NCBI GenBank assembly: GCA_038230375.1
Contig: JBBRNJ010000043.1
Location: forward strand, 10,435-74,434
Reading direction: 5' to 3'
DNA: 64,000 nt
Source of the DNA: Polyangiales bacterium
GTDB taxonomy: Bacteria > Myxococcota_A > Polyangia > Polyangiales > Polyangiaceae
Positions 27,789 to 38,716 of this stretch are shown here, in pieces. The notes below the pieces were generated by a model. That model saw nothing but the letters and a program-made list of their open reading frames with translations, did no database searches and was not told where the DNA came from. Position 1 is the stretch's first letter. Each line of letters begins with the position of its first letter. The translations under genes and the position numbers were made by a program.

Positions 27789-30180
27789 ATGGATCGGCTC
27801 GTCGTCTTCGCGGTGGTCGTCACATCCGCACCGCTCATGCTCGTGGCGCCAGTGTCGGTGCTGGGCGTGCTCGCGATCTTTGCGGTCATGCAGCTCGGGC
27901 GTGGCCGGTCAGCACCGCGTGCGCGCGTCGTCGTCTTGTGTGTGCTCGGCGCGGTCGTCTCGCTCGTGCGTGCACGGGCGGCCGTGAGCGAGCATCAGCT
28001 GCTCCGCGCGACCATCGCGAAAGGACTCCAGGGATACTCCGCGTGCGAGGGGACGGGGCGCGTGGACTCGTCACCGGTGCACACGGACGCCGGTACCGCC
28101 CTCACGCTCGTGCTCGAGGATCTCTCGTGCGGTGGCGTGGCGGTCCAGTCCGTCCAGCGCGCCGGCGCTGTCGTGCGCGCGCGCGTCTACACCGCGGAGC
28201 AGGAGCTCGCGCGGGGCGATCGCGTGTTCATCTCGGGCGGGTTCGCGCCGCCGGAGCGGTTCTTCAACCTGGATGACGTCCGCCCGGATGAGGCGCGTCG
28301 CGGCGTTGTCCTCTCCGGAACGGCCTCGTGGCTCGAACGGCGAGAGACGGCGCGCGGTCCGCCGGCCTGGATCGATCATGCTCGGACGTATGTGCGGCAC
28401 GGTCTGCTGCGCTCGTTCGGGAGCTCGGTGTCTCCGCTCGCGCGTGCGCTGGTGCTCGGCGAGATGGACGTGGCCCACGACGACGACGTGGCGTTCCAGA
28501 AGAGCGGTCTGTCGCACCTGCTCGCGGTGAGCGGGATGCATCTCGTGCTGGTGGTGCTGTCGCTCGTCGCCGGCCTGCGCGCGCTTCTCGTCCGGATCCC
28601 CGCGATTGCGGTCCGCGGTCTCGCGGGGCGTCTCGCTGCTGCGGTGGGGCTGCCGCTTGCGTGGGTCTACGCGGATTTCGCAGGCGGAAGCGGGTCGGCC
28701 AGGCGCGCTGCATGGATGCTGACCGTGCAGCTGCTCTCGATCGCGTGTCTTCGTCGTCCGTGGGCGCCGCGCGCGCTTGGCGTGAGCCTGCTCGCGGTCT
28801 GGGTGTTCTCGCCGCTCGCCGCGTTCGACGTGTCGTTCGTGCTTTCGGCGCTGGCGACGGGCGGAATGTTCCTCCTGGGCGAGCCCATCGCAGCGGCCCT
28901 GTCGGCCCGCCTGGGGCCGCGGCTCCGGTTCGTGACGCGCAGCGTGAGCGCGTCGGTCGCGGCCTCCATCGGCTGTGCGCCGCTCATCGCGCGGATGTCT
29001 GGCGCCGTGCCGCTGGTGTCCGTGATCGCAAACCTGTTCGCGGTGCCCGTGGGAGAGATCGTCGCGCTGCCGCTCTGTCTCGTTGCGGCGTGCCTCACCC
29101 CGTGGCCCACGCTGGAGCGGGGCGCAAGCGTGCTCGCGGCAGGAGCGCTCTTCCTGCTCTCGCGGATCGCGCATGTCGCGGCTCGTGCGCCCGGTGCGTC
29201 GCTCATGCTGCCTCCACCCACGCATGCAGAGCTCGCGATCCTGGCGGCCTCTGTGCTCGCACTATTGCTGTGCGCGGGTCGTCTTCGCCGTCGTCGTGCC
29301 CTGAACATGCTCGTCGTGAGCGCGGTCTCCGTCCTTGCGCTCGCAGTCGCGGAGGCAAGTGCCCGCTGGCCGCATCCGCACGAGCTCCGGATCACCCACG
29401 TGGATGTGGGCCAGGGCGACGCGGCGCTCGTGGAGTTGCCGGATGGACGCGCGCTCCTCGTGGACGGTGGTGGTCTGGTCGGCAGCCCGGTGGATGTAGG
29501 CGTTCGCGTGATCGCGCCGCTGCTCCGCGCGAAGCGCATTGGTCGCCTGCGCGCCGTCGTCCTTTCGCATCCGCATCCGGACCACTACGGCGGCCTGATC
29601 CACGGGCTCGACGGTGTGAAGGTCGACGAGCTCTGGGACACAGGCCAGGGTGAGCGCGAAGGTCAAGGCGGTGGCTACGCGGAGCTCCTCTCCACGCTGC
29701 GGGCCCGCGGCACCAACGTGCGGCGTCCGGGAGATCTATGTGGAATGCATGCAGTCGGAGACGTGACGATCGAGGTGCTCGCGCCGTGCCCCGGCCCCGA
29801 CGCCGCGCGGGGCCCGAACGACAACAGCTTCGTGCTGCGGGTCCAGTACGGAAGGCGCGCCGTGCTCTTCGTGGGCGACGCAGAGCGCGACGAGGAGAGC
29901 GGCATCATCAACGGCGGTCGCCGCATCTCCGCGGACGTCTTGAAGGTGGGACATCACGGAAGCCGCACGTCGTCGCAGCCTGCGTGGCTTCTCGCGGTCA
30001 GGCCCCGCGTGGCCGTCATCTCCGCGGGCGCGCGGAACCGCTTCGGGCATCCGCATGCGTCCACGCTGGCTGCGCTCGCGAACGCAGGTGCACGTGTACT
30101 CTCCACCAAGGCGCACGGCGCCATCACCGTGGTCACGAACGGCGAGTCCCTGCGCGTGACCACAGCTGACGGCGAGGAGT
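27789..30180 (+). CDS. comEC: DNA internalization protein ComEC/Rec2 (homologous part; the frame stays open to 31640)
   Basis: SGLSHLLAVSGMH, DVGQGDA, SHPHPDHYGG, NDNSFVL, LKVGHHGS, NRFGHPH. Recognizable homology ends near 30170. Confidence 0.9.
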
Positions 30181-30704
30181 CAGTCGCGGAGGACGTTGCC
30201 GATGAACGGCAGGTTCCTGTAACGCTCGGCCACGTCCAGCCCATACCCCACGACGAACTTGTCTTCGATCGTGAAGCCCAGGTAGTCAATCTTCACCGTG
30301 ACGCGCGCGCGCACGGGCTTGTGCAGCAGCGAGCAGACCTTGATGGTGCTCGGATTGCGCGTGTGGAAGAGGTCCATCAAGTGAGCAATGGTGAGCCCCG
30401 TATCCACGATGTCCTCGACGATGACGACGTCCTGGCCGGAGATGGGCTTGGAGAGGTCGTTCGTGATCTGGACAACGCCGGAGCTCTCGGTGCCTTCGCC
30501 GTAGGAGCGCACGCCCAGGAAGTCCACCCGGAGCGGCAGGTCGATCGCGCGACAGAGATCCGCCGCGAAGATGAAGCTGCCCTTCAGGATGATGACAAGG
30601 ACAAGGTTGCGATCCTTGTAGTCCCGGGTGATCTCCGCTCCGAGCTCCTTGACTCGTCTCGCGATCTCCTCGGCGCTGATCATGGTGTCTACACGCTCGG
30701 ACAT
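30180..30704 (-). CDS. hpt: Hypoxanthine phosphoribosyltransferase
   Basis: [39 protein letters not shown]. Confidence 0.96.
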   Translation of the reverse strand: MSERVDTMISAEEIARRVKELGAEITRDYKDRNLVLVIILKGSFIFAADLCRAIDLPLRVDFLGVRSYGEGTESSGVVQITNDLSKPISGQDVVIVEDIVDTGLTIAHLMDLFHTRNPSTIKVCSLLHKPVRARVTVKIDYLGFTIEDKFVVGYGLDVAERYRNLPFIGNVLRD

Positions 30705-30768
30705 GGCTCTTCTATCGCCGCACTTTGGCGTGGCGTAAAGGCACACCGTTCGTGGTATGTGAAAAAAA

Positions 30769-31107
30769 ATGACGGACGCGCCCACGCCGCTTGCAACCTC
30801 GAAGCGGCTCTTGCTCCTGGAGAAGCTCACCCGCGAAAAATCGGCCGATCCGTTCCACTGGTACGGCCTGGCCATGGAGTACCGCACGCTCCAGCGCACG
30901 GACGAGGCCATCCAGACCTTCACGCAGCTCCGTGCATCCAACCCGGACTACACGGCGATGTACCTGATGTGCGGGCAGCTCCTGGCGGGAAATGGCCGCA
31001 CCGACGAGGCGCGCGACTGGTACGAGGCGGGCATCGCGATCTCCCGGAAGAAGGGCGAGAGCCACGCCCTGTCGGAGCTCGAAGGAGCGATTGCAGCGCT
31101 CACCTGA
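30769..31107 (+). CDS. Small TPR protein
   Basis: [25 protein letters not shown]. Confidence 0.85.
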   Translation: MTDAPTPLATSKRLLLLEKLTREKSADPFHWYGLAMEYRTLQRTDEAIQTFTQLRASNPDYTAMYLMCGQLLAGNGRTDEARDWYEAGIAISRKKGESHALSELEGAIAALT

Positions 31108-31122
31108 GGGCTCGCGAGGAGA

Positions 31123-32160
31123 ATGAGCATGGCATCGCGACGCTCCGGAGGCATGCGCCTGGACACGGGCGGCGTCGCGGACCTCGTGGGTCGCTTCGGC
31201 GATCTGCACGACTCGGTGATTCGCAAGGTGTCATGGGAGCTCGACGTACCGCGTTCCGTCGAGGTCGAGATCGATGCGCTCGCGCTCGGGGGAACGTGGT
31301 GGCGCGTCGTGTTTGTCGTGGAGGGCGTGTCCGAGCTGCGCCTCGCGGAGGGAGTTGCCATCTGGAACAACGCGCGCGAGTGGCTCGTCACGACTCACCA
31401 CGCGGACGGCAGCGCGGTCACGGAGACGCGAGCACGCGATCTCGCAGACCTCCGTCTGGGCGGGCCAACGAACCAGGTGATCTTCGGGGCTGCGATTCAC
31501 CTCGTCCCCGAGGGCGTGCTCGTCGACCTGTCGCCAGCGGATGCCGGCGCGGTCGTCTCCTGCGATCCGGCGGAGTGGCGCAAGTCCACCTTCTATGTCC
31601 TTGGAAAGACCGCGGAGGCCCACGTTTCACCGCTCGATGACGCGGCGAAGCCATCGCCCCCGCGTCAGATGGACCCGGGCGGAACCAGGCTCCTCCGTCA
31701 CGGCGCGATCACGAAGTTCTTTCGTCGCGAGCCGTTCCAGCGAACCGTCGCGGAGCTGGCGAAGGCGGGGTATCGCGCACACCTGATCGACGCGGACGAC
31801 GCCTCCGTGTTCCGTGCGCAGATGACGCGCGCTCTCCGCTTCCAGGAGAACTTTGGCTACGAGCCATGGACGGGAAGCCTGGACGCCCTGAACGACGCGT
31901 TTCGCTCGGTCGACTTTGAATCCGTCACGGGGGTCGTCTTCGCGTTCAGCCGCTTCGAGCTGCTCCACGCGGCCGATCCGCGTTTCGGGGAAGGCGTGCT
32001 CGACATCCTGGAGTCCGCTTCGCGCGAGCACCTCGTCCTGGGCATGCGCCTCATCGGGCTCGTGCAGTCCGACGATCCGCGCCTGGAGCTGCCTGCGTGC
32101 GGCGGTCGAGCGCCTGCATGGAACGACGAGGAGTGGCTGAACACGAGCCGCGGCGTCTGA
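31123..32160 (+). CDS. Two-domain protein with a C-terminal barstar-like domain
   Basis: C-terminal half has F...GSLDALND, resembling the barstar NLDAL.D motif. N-terminal half (DLHDSVIRKV) is unassigned. Confidence 0.6.
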   Translation: MSMASRRSGGMRLDTGGVADLVGRFGDLHDSVIRKVSWELDVPRSVEVEIDALALGGTWWRVVFVVEGVSELRLAEGVAIWNNAREWLVTTHHADGSAVTETRARDLADLRLGGPTNQVIFGAAIHLVPEGVLVDLSPADAGAVVSCDPAEWRKSTFYVLGKTAEAHVSPLDDAAKPSPPRQMDPGGTRLLRHGAITKFFRREPFQRTVAELAKAGYRAHLIDADDASVFRAQMTRALRFQENFGYEPWTGSLDALNDAFRSVDFESVTGVVFAFSRFELLHAADPRFGEGVLDILESASREHLVLGMRLIGLVQSDDPRLELPACGGRAPAWNDEEWLNTSRGV

Positions 32161-32176
32161 CGGAAGCGCCCTCGCC

Positions 32177-32554
32177 TCAGCCCTTGCTTCGGAGCCACAG
32201 CGCATAGCCGCCAAGGGCGACGATCACGCCCCACGTGCCGACGACCCCCGCGGAGCGCAGCGCGTTGGGTGCCTTCAGTGGCATTCCAAGCGCGTGGGCA
32301 ACGCGGGCAGCGAGCAGGATTCCCCCGGTGATGTGCAGCCAGAAGCTCGCACCGCCGCAGAGCTCGCAGACCAACATCAGCACGAGCGCAAGCGGGACGA
32401 ACTCCGCATTGTTGCCGTGCACGCGGATGGCCGTGGTGAGCCCCTTGTCCGCGTCCTTCGCCCCACGCGTTCGATGACGGACCACATTGGTGGCGAGCGC
32501 GACGTTGAAGAACGCGTTGAGCGGTGCATAGAGCGCGACGACGGGGACCATCAT
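32177..32554 (-). CDS. MAPEG family membrane protein
   Basis: IRVHGNNAEFVP, RVAHALG. Confidence 0.9.
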   Translation of the reverse strand: MMVPVVALYAPLNAFFNVALATNVVRHRTRGAKDADKGLTTAIRVHGNNAEFVPLALVLMLVCELCGGASFWLHITGGILLAARVAHALGMPLKAPNALRSAGVVGTWGVIVALGGYALWLRSKG

Positions 32555-32620
32555 CCGCGCAGCATAGCCGGTTGGTAACGCAACGACCGGCTTGACGTTG
32601 TCCTCGTCGACCTGATGCTC

Positions 32621-33331
32621 TCAGTCCGGCAGGTACCTCACGCCGATCATGAGCGTCCCGTTGAACAAACCCGTGCGCGGCTCGAAGATCGCGTGCGGAA
32701 TGATGGTCCCCGCGATCTCCGGTCGCGCGAAGAGCGTCACCTCCGAGAAGCGCAGGAACGTGTAGTCCAGCGCCAGCCCCGCGCCGTAGCCCCAGTGCTG
32801 GATGTCTGGCGCGTCGCTCTGCGTCACGCGCACGAGCAACAGCCAGTCACCACGCACCGAGGGGACCAGCGACAGGTCCGGCGTGATCCTGATGGGCAGC
32901 TCGCCGCCGATCGACGCGAAGTGCGAGGCGAGGTCCACGCTGGTCTGGCCCACCACGTAGCGACCACGCACCATCGCGCCGTAGCTGCGTCGCGCGTTCG
33001 GCATCAGGCCCACGCCCACGCTCGCGCCCCAGCCGTTGTTGTTCATGCCGAGGGCGAAGTTCGTGTTGTTGCTGCTCGAGTCGGAGACACGCGCGAGCCA
33101 CAGGCCACCGACACTGCCGAGCGGCGCGAAGTCGACCGTGGGCATGTGAGAGACCTCTGCTTGCGCTTGCGGCGCGGGCGCTGTCTCGGGTGAGGCCAGG
33201 GTCGAGGGCGCGGCCACGACGGAGCCCTGGGGTGGCGTGGGGGCCGGCTTCTGCTGTGCGCCCGCGAGAGAAGCGGAGAGAAGAGTGGCGGCGTGGAGCG
33301 CCGACGCGAGGATTCCGATGCGAGCCTTCAT
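32621..33331 (-). CDS. Secreted protein, possible outer-membrane beta-barrel
   Basis: Signal peptide, alternating beta-strand pattern, C-terminal IGVRY. Confidence 0.65.
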   Translation of the reverse strand: MKARIGILASALHAATLLSASLAGAQQKPAPTPPQGSVVAAPSTLASPETAPAPQAQAEVSHMPTVDFAPLGSVGGLWLARVSDSSSNNTNFALGMNNNGWGASVGVGLMPNARRSYGAMVRGRYVVGQTSVDLASHFASIGGELPIRITPDLSLVPSVRGDWLLLVRVTQSDAPDIQHWGYGAGLALDYTFLRFSEVTLFARPEIAGTIIPHAIFEPRTGLFNGTLMIGVRYLPD

Positions 33332-33705
33332 GGCGTGCACCCCAGCGCTGCGCCGATCCTGTTCGCTGCCTTTGTGCCGTCGGTCGAGTTGCCTGGAGAG
33401 CAAGCGTTGATTCCAGCGATCGCGACACACCCCCTGGCGAGGATGCAGTTCGCCGCGCTCTCGGAGAAGTCGGGCTCCTTCTCCACGGGCGAGCATGGAC
33501 CGTCAAAACACAGCACCGCCTCGCGGTAGGAGTACTCGCACGAGACCCCGGGCGGCGCCGCGCCACAGCACTTCTTGATGTGCTGCGTCGCGCTCTCGCA
33601 CATCACGACGGACGTGCGAACCTGATCATGATCGCTGCACGCCGGAACGCCGGCGGAGATCGCCCCACCCAGGAGCAGCGCCAGCAGCGCGTTTCCCTTA
33701 GTCAT
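33328..33705 (-). CDS. Cys-rich lipoprotein
   Basis: Lipobox VPAC and multiple cysteines. Overlaps the rarA stop. Confidence 0.7.
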   Translation of the reverse strand: MTKGNALLALLLGGAISAGVPACSDHDQVRTSVVMCESATQHIKKCCGAAPPGVSCEYSYREAVLCFDGPCSPVEKEPDFSESAANCILARGCVAIAGINACSPGNSTDGTKAANRIGAALGCTP

Positions 33706-35092
33706 CTGCAACCTTTCGTTTCGCGCGCAGGGCCGCGAGCCGCTGGCCGATGCGCAGCTCCTCGCCCCGCTCCGTGGGCTCGTAGAAGATCTCGTTCGCT
33801 ATCACGTCGGGCAGGTACGTCTCACCCGGCGGAACGCCATCAGGGAAGTCGTGCGCATACTTGTAGTCTGCACCATATCCCTCGGCCTTCATGTGGCTGC
33901 TGACTGCGTTGCGCAGCTTCTTCGGTACGGGCAGCGCGCCGCGCTCGTCGATCATCGCCTTGGCTCGCTGCCAGGCCTTCGTGACCGCGTTCGACTTGGG
34001 TGCGCTCGCCAGATAGATGGTGCACTGCGCGAGCGGGTACATGCCCTCTGGCATGCCCATGCGCCGGAACGCCGCGTCGGCGGAGGTGGCCACGTAGAGC
34101 GCGCGCGGGTCCGCGTTGCCGATGTCCTCGCTCGCGAAGATCATCATGCGCCGCAGGAGGAACAGCGGATCGTCACCGGCCTCCAGCATGCGGAGCAGAT
34201 AGTAGATCGCCGCGTCCGGATCCGAGCCGCGCATCGATTTGATGAACGCGCTGGTGATGTTGTAGTGCTCCTCGCCGCCCTTGTCGTAGAGCAGCGGCGC
34301 CTTCTCCAGCACGTCGGTCAGGTTGCCCAGGGAAAGGTGTGAGCCCTGCAAGGCGCTCGCGTCGCCGCCGTTCGTGACGTGCGCCACGGCGGACTCCAGC
34401 AATCCCAGCGCGCGTCGAGCATCACCGCCCGCGGCCTTTGCGACCGCCATGAGCGCGTCGTCATCCGCCGTGACGCCAGACGCGCCGAGCCCTCGCTCCG
34501 CGTCCATGAGCGCGCGCCCCAGGAGCCGCACCAGCACGTCTTCGCCGAGCGCCTCCAGATGGAAGACCTTGCACCGCGAGAGCAGCGCGGCGTTCACGGC
34601 GAACGACGGGTTCTCGGTGGTCGCGCCCACGAGCGTGATGGTTCCCGCCTCCACGTGCGGCAGGAACGCATCCTGCTGCGCCCTGTTGAAGCGATGAATC
34701 TCGTCCACGAAGACCAGCGTGCGCTCGCCGCGGTACGAGAGCCGCTCCTTCGCGGTGGCGACGATCTCGCGTAGCTCCGGCAGGCTGCCCAGCACGGCAG
34801 AGAACGGTACGTAGACGGACTTTGTAGTGGCGGCGATCACGTGGCCAAGGCTGGTCTTGCCGACGCCCGGCGGTCCCCACAGGATCATCGACGGCACGCG
34901 GTCCTGCGCGATGGCACGCGCGAGCGGCTTGCCCCCACCCACCACGTGCGTCTGTCCCAGGTACTCGTCCACACTCACGGGACGCATGCGCTCCGCGAGC
35001 GGCGTAGCACCGCTCTTCTTTGCCTGCTCCGCGGCCGCCTTGCTGAACAAGGTGTCCTCGGCCGTGCCTCGCTTCTGCGTTCGCAACGCCAC
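33698..35092 (-). CDS. rarA: Replication-associated recombination protein A
   Basis: PLAERMRP, GPPGVGKT, DEIHRFN, GATTENP, SAFIKSMRGSD, ASEDIGNADP. Confidence 0.96.
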   Translation of the reverse strand: MALRTQKRGTAEDTLFSKAAAEQAKKSGATPLAERMRPVSVDEYLGQTHVVGGGKPLARAIAQDRVPSMILWGPPGVGKTSLGHVIAATTKSVYVPFSAVLGSLPELREIVATAKERLSYRGERTLVFVDEIHRFNRAQQDAFLPHVEAGTITLVGATTENPSFAVNAALLSRCKVFHLEALGEDVLVRLLGRALMDAERGLGASGVTADDDALMAVAKAAGGDARRALGLLESAVAHVTNGGDASALQGSHLSLGNLTDVLEKAPLLYDKGGEEHYNITSAFIKSMRGSDPDAAIYYLLRMLEAGDDPLFLLRRMMIFASEDIGNADPRALYVATSADAAFRRMGMPEGMYPLAQCTIYLASAPKSNAVTKAWQRAKAMIDERGALPVPKKLRNAVSSHMKAEGYGADYKYAHDFPDGVPPGETYLPDVIANEIFYEPTERGEELRIGQRLAALRAKRKVADD

Positions 35093-35157
35093 GCGACTCC
35101 ATTAACACGCCGCGCCCCCTTGCCAAAGCGGCGTGGACCGCGTGAGATCAACGCCGG

Positions 35158-37029
35158 ATGCCGCAGGTCGTCGTCGTACCGTTTGGCGTGCCGGAAGAGG
35201 CAGAAGGACTTGGCATCGGCCTCGCGGCGCTGGTCCACGGCTTCGTGCGTTTTGGCAACGACCACGTGGGCCTCGCGCAGCTCCTCTCCAAGGACGCGAC
35301 GCGCGCGGTGGAGGCGTTCATCCCGCCCGCCGCGTGGAAGGAGCTCTCCGCAAACGGACCGGACCCGGGTCCGCTCGATCTGGTGCTCACTGGCTCGTTC
35401 GAGCCGCCCGAGACCGGGCGCGGCTCTCTTCAGCTGGTCGCGTTCGAGCCGAAGAGCGGTGACGTACGCGCAAAAGAGGACGCGGGCTTCGGCCAAGACG
35501 ATGCCGGAAGCGCGGTCGCGGCGCTGCTGCGTGTATTCTGCAACAAGATCGACGCGGACATCGGTCACGCCGAGCAGATCGACGACCTGGACTGGGCTGC
35601 GCTCGAGAGCGTGCTTCGTGCGGAACGCTGTGTCGTTCCGAATCCGCTCAAGGGCGGCGCCAAGGATCGCTTCGCCGCGCTCGGGCACCTGGAGCGCGCG
35701 TTGTCGGACGCGCCAACGTCGCGCTTTGCCGCGTCGCGCCTGGCGGCATGCGCCATGGAGGCAGCGTTCACCGCGCCGTCCGCCACGCTCGCGCAGGCCG
35801 CCATCCGCAGCGTCACGCGCGCGCTCGGCGACGCCCCAAGGCAAGTCGAGCTGCTCGAGGCCTCTGCCGCCATGGAGCTCCGCTTCGGCAACTCGATAGA
35901 GGCGGAGGCGCGCGTGCTCTCCGCGCTGGAGGTCGCGCCGGACCGTGGCAGCCTCTGGGCGCTCCTCTGCGAAGCGCGCCGTTCACGCGGCGACCGCGTC
36001 GGCGCAATCGACGCCGTGCGGCGCGGTCTTGCGCGCAAGATCCAGGACCCGCTGCTCTTCACGGAGGATGGCATTCTCCGCATGGACGAGGGCGATCGCG
36101 TGGGCGCCGCAGCCCGCTTCCGCGAGGTCCTCGCGCGCTGGCCCTTCTTCCCGTCCGCGTGGAAGAACCTGGCGCAGATCGCCCTGCGCGAAGAGGACGT
36201 CATCACTTCTCAGTCGCTCGTGGATTCGGCGCTTGCCGCGCGCGGTCTGCATCCGGACGTCTTGCGTCAGGCCATCGAGCTGTCGCTACGCGCGGAGCCC
36301 CCCGGCGTCGCCCGCGCCGCTCGGGTGCTGGTGCTCGCGCGGTCGCTCGTTGCGATCGCCCCGCAAGATCCGTTCGCAAGCTTGGTCCTTTCGCGCGCGC
36401 TCTCGGAGACGGGAGACAAGGACGGCGCGGTGCAGGCGCTCGTGCGCATAGAGGATCTCGCGAAGGGCTCGCCGCTGGCCGCGGAGGCGCAGCGCGGCCG
36501 CTTCCAGCTGGAGGACAAGCAGAGCGCTGACGAGGTTGACGCCATCCTTCGTGCCGCCGGCAGCGCCAGCGAGTCCGATCTCTCATCGCTCGCGTCGCGC
36601 GCGCGCCGCCTGTCCGAGTCTTCGCCCACGTGGGTGTCCGCGTTCGCGCTGGGCGTGGTGCATCGCAAGCAGGAGCAATGGGCGCGCGCCGAGGAGGCGC
36701 TGAACGAGGCGCTTCGTCGCTCGCCCGGATGCCCACCCGTGCTGGTGGAGCTGGTATCCGTGTGCGTGGGGCTGCGTGAAGGCGAGCGCGCAATGGAGCA
36801 CGCCGCGCACGCGATCAAGCTTGCGGGCGAGAACGCGAAGACGCTGTCCGTGATGGCCGCGGCGCTCCTCTGCGCCGGACGTCAGGAGGACGCGGAGAAG
36901 ACGATCGATCGCGCGCTCGCGCTCGAGCCCAAGAACCCCGAGAATCAGGCGCTCTCCGAGAAGATCCGCACGTCGCCCCCACCCGCGTCGAAGCGCAGCT
37001 CGTTCCTGTCGTGGCTCACCCGCCGCTGA
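35158..37029 (+). CDS. TPR-repeat protein
   Basis: Repeated A...P TPR helices over a long ORF. Confidence 0.8.
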   Translation: MPQVVVVPFGVPEEAEGLGIGLAALVHGFVRFGNDHVGLAQLLSKDATRAVEAFIPPAAWKELSANGPDPGPLDLVLTGSFEPPETGRGSLQLVAFEPKSGDVRAKEDAGFGQDDAGSAVAALLRVFCNKIDADIGHAEQIDDLDWAALESVLRAERCVVPNPLKGGAKDRFAALGHLERALSDAPTSRFAASRLAACAMEAAFTAPSATLAQAAIRSVTRALGDAPRQVELLEASAAMELRFGNSIEAEARVLSALEVAPDRGSLWALLCEARRSRGDRVGAIDAVRRGLARKIQDPLLFTEDGILRMDEGDRVGAAARFREVLARWPFFPSAWKNLAQIALREEDVITSQSLVDSALAARGLHPDVLRQAIELSLRAEPPGVARAARVLVLARSLVAIAPQDPFASLVLSRALSETGDKDGAVQALVRIEDLAKGSPLAAEAQRGRFQLEDKQSADEVDAILRAAGSASESDLSSLASRARRLSESSPTWVSAFALGVVHRKQEQWARAEEALNEALRRSPGCPPVLVELVSVCVGLREGERAMEHAAHAIKLAGENAKTLSVMAAALLCAGRQEDAEKTIDRALALEPKNPENQALSEKIRTSPPPASKRSSFLSWLTRR

Positions 37030-37030
37030 G

Positions 37031-38716
37031 TCAGGGTGACTGGTCGGGCTTGCGCATGCCGGTGCAGTAGATCGGCGCGCCCTGGATCTCGTGGAAGTGG
37101 CGCGTGTACGGCACGCGCTCCACGCGCTGGAGTAGAACGCCGCCCTCACGCAGCTTGGCAACGTCGTCCTTCAAGACCGTGCATACTACATGCGTATTCA
37201 CGTAGTCGCCGTAGACGACGGGCACGTCCAGGAGCCGGTTGTCCCACTCCGACCAGTGGAAGCGGACCAGGCCCAGGTGCTTCCGCTTCACCGTGGAATC
37301 CGCCATCTTGTAGTAGATGGCCATCTCGACGCCGCCATAATGCCCGCAGGGAACGACCACGTCTGCGCCGTCGGGGATGGACTCGAACAAGGTCGGAAAC
37401 ACGAAGTCCACGGCGCCCTCGTGCGCGGCCATGTTCAGGTCCGCGGCGTAGAGGGGCATCCAGAACCAGCTGAAGCGGATGGCTCCCAGCGTGATGAAGG
37501 TGGCGGCCGTTCCAGTGAGGAGAACCCCGCGCCATGCGGACTCCCAGAGCGTGCACACGCCGCCGGCGATCATGAGCGCCAGGAACGGGAACACGGGCAT
37601 GAAGTACCCTTCCGGATCCGGGATCGCGTAGAAGAACGGGATCGCGAGCTGCGCCAGCGTGGTCAGGGCGAAGAAGCCGAACACGGTGCGGTTGCCGCGG
37701 AAGAAGCGCGAGATGCCGAACGGAATGAGGAGGAGCAGCGGCCAGAGCCACTGCTTCTGCATCTCTGTCGGGATGACGGGGAGTCGAAAGCGGATGCCCT
37801 CGACGAACTTGAACTTCCCCATGGCGTCCTGGAAGCTCTTCGCCGTCACGAAGTCGATGAAGTGCCGTCTGTCCAGCGGGCCCGCGAACTCGCTGTAGGG
37901 GAGCGTCTCTTTCGCACGGAGCCAGAGGTACGCGTACGAGCCTGCGCCGATCGCTGCACCTGCAAGCATGAACGCGAGCAGGCTCCACGGACGCTTCAGA
38001 TCTTTCCGCGTCTGGAACACGACCCACAGGAACGCTGGCGCCATGGACACGATCGCGAGGTGATTGCCGAAGCCGACGAGCCACGCGAAGAGACCAATGC
38101 CGAAGGCGAGCTTGTCGCGCTCCTGCAGCCACCGCACGGTGCCATAGACGGCCACCGCACCGCACAACGAGCTGAGCGTGTAGACCTCTGCCTCCGTGGA
38201 GAGCAGCCAGAACGTGGGACCAAGGCCCAGGAAGATTGTGCCGAGCGCGGCGGTCCGCACGGGGCCGATCGCCCATGCGCCCTCGCGCGATGCGAGCGTC
38301 ATCTGCGCCATGGTGCGGAACACGAACGAGAGCGTCAGCAGGCCGCAGATGGCGGAGAAGAGGTTGACCTTGACGTAGTCCTCGAGCGGCAGGGGAATGC
38401 GCACCGCCACGTAGGTGAGCATCAGGTAGAGCGGATTGCCGGGCGGGTGCCCGATGCCGCCGATGCGCGGCAGGAACTGGAACTTCGAAGAGTCGCCCAG
38501 GTTGATGAGCCCGCCAGGCCCTGGGTGCAGCGTGAGCAGGTACACCGCCGCGAAGAAGATCATCAGCGTGCGGTGCGCGCGCTTCGCATCGGGAATGAGC
38601 GCGGCGTCGGCACGCGTGGCGCCGCGTCCTAGCCACGTGCCTACGCGGCGGACAGGGCGGAGGATGCGGTGCGTGATGCGGTGCGTGATGCGCTGCGTGA
38701 TGCGCGTGGTGGTCAC
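37031..38716 (-). CDS. DUF2723/TMEM260-like GT-C glycosyltransferase
   Basis: GDS, GIGHPPGNPLY, VNLFSA, TEAEVY, multiple TM helices. GTGA overlap with the yggS stop. Confidence 0.85.
   Translation of the reverse strand: MTTTRITQRITHRITHRILRPVRRVGTWLGRGATRADAALIPDAKRAHRTLMIFFAAVYLLTLHPGPGGLINLGDSSKFQFLPRIGGIGHPPGNPLYLMLTYVAVRIPLPLEDYVKVNLFSAICGLLTLSFVFRTMAQMTLASREGAWAIGPVRTAALGTIFLGLGPTFWLLSTEAEVYTLSSLCGAVAVYGTVRWLQERDKLAFGIGLFAWLVGFGNHLAIVSMAPAFLWVVFQTRKDLKRPWSLLAFMLAGAAIGAGSYAYLWLRAKETLPYSEFAGPLDRRHFIDFVTAKSFQDAMGKFKFVEGIRFRLPVIPTEMQKQWLWPLLLLIPFGISRFFRGNRTVFGFFALTTLAQLAIPFFYAIPDPEGYFMPVFPFLALMIAGGVCTLWESAWRGVLLTGTAATFITLGAIRFSWFWMPLYAADLNMAAHEGAVDFVFPTLFESIPDGADVVVPCGHYGGVEMAIYYKMADSTVKRKHLGLVRFHWSEWDNRLLDVPVVYGDYVNTHVVCTVLKDDVAKLREGGVLLQRVERVPYTRHFHEIQGAPIYCTGMRKPDQSP
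38663..38704. repeat. 12-bp tandem repeat (~3.5 copies) encoding RITQRITHRITHRI
   Basis: GATGCGGTGCGT units on the + strand. Confidence 0.85.

Noticed and set aside
30180..31640. Genuine extra C-terminal domain on ComEC
   Set aside because: The translation is hpt antisense plus Arg-rich off-frame sequence with no domain features. Reported instead as a missing stop.
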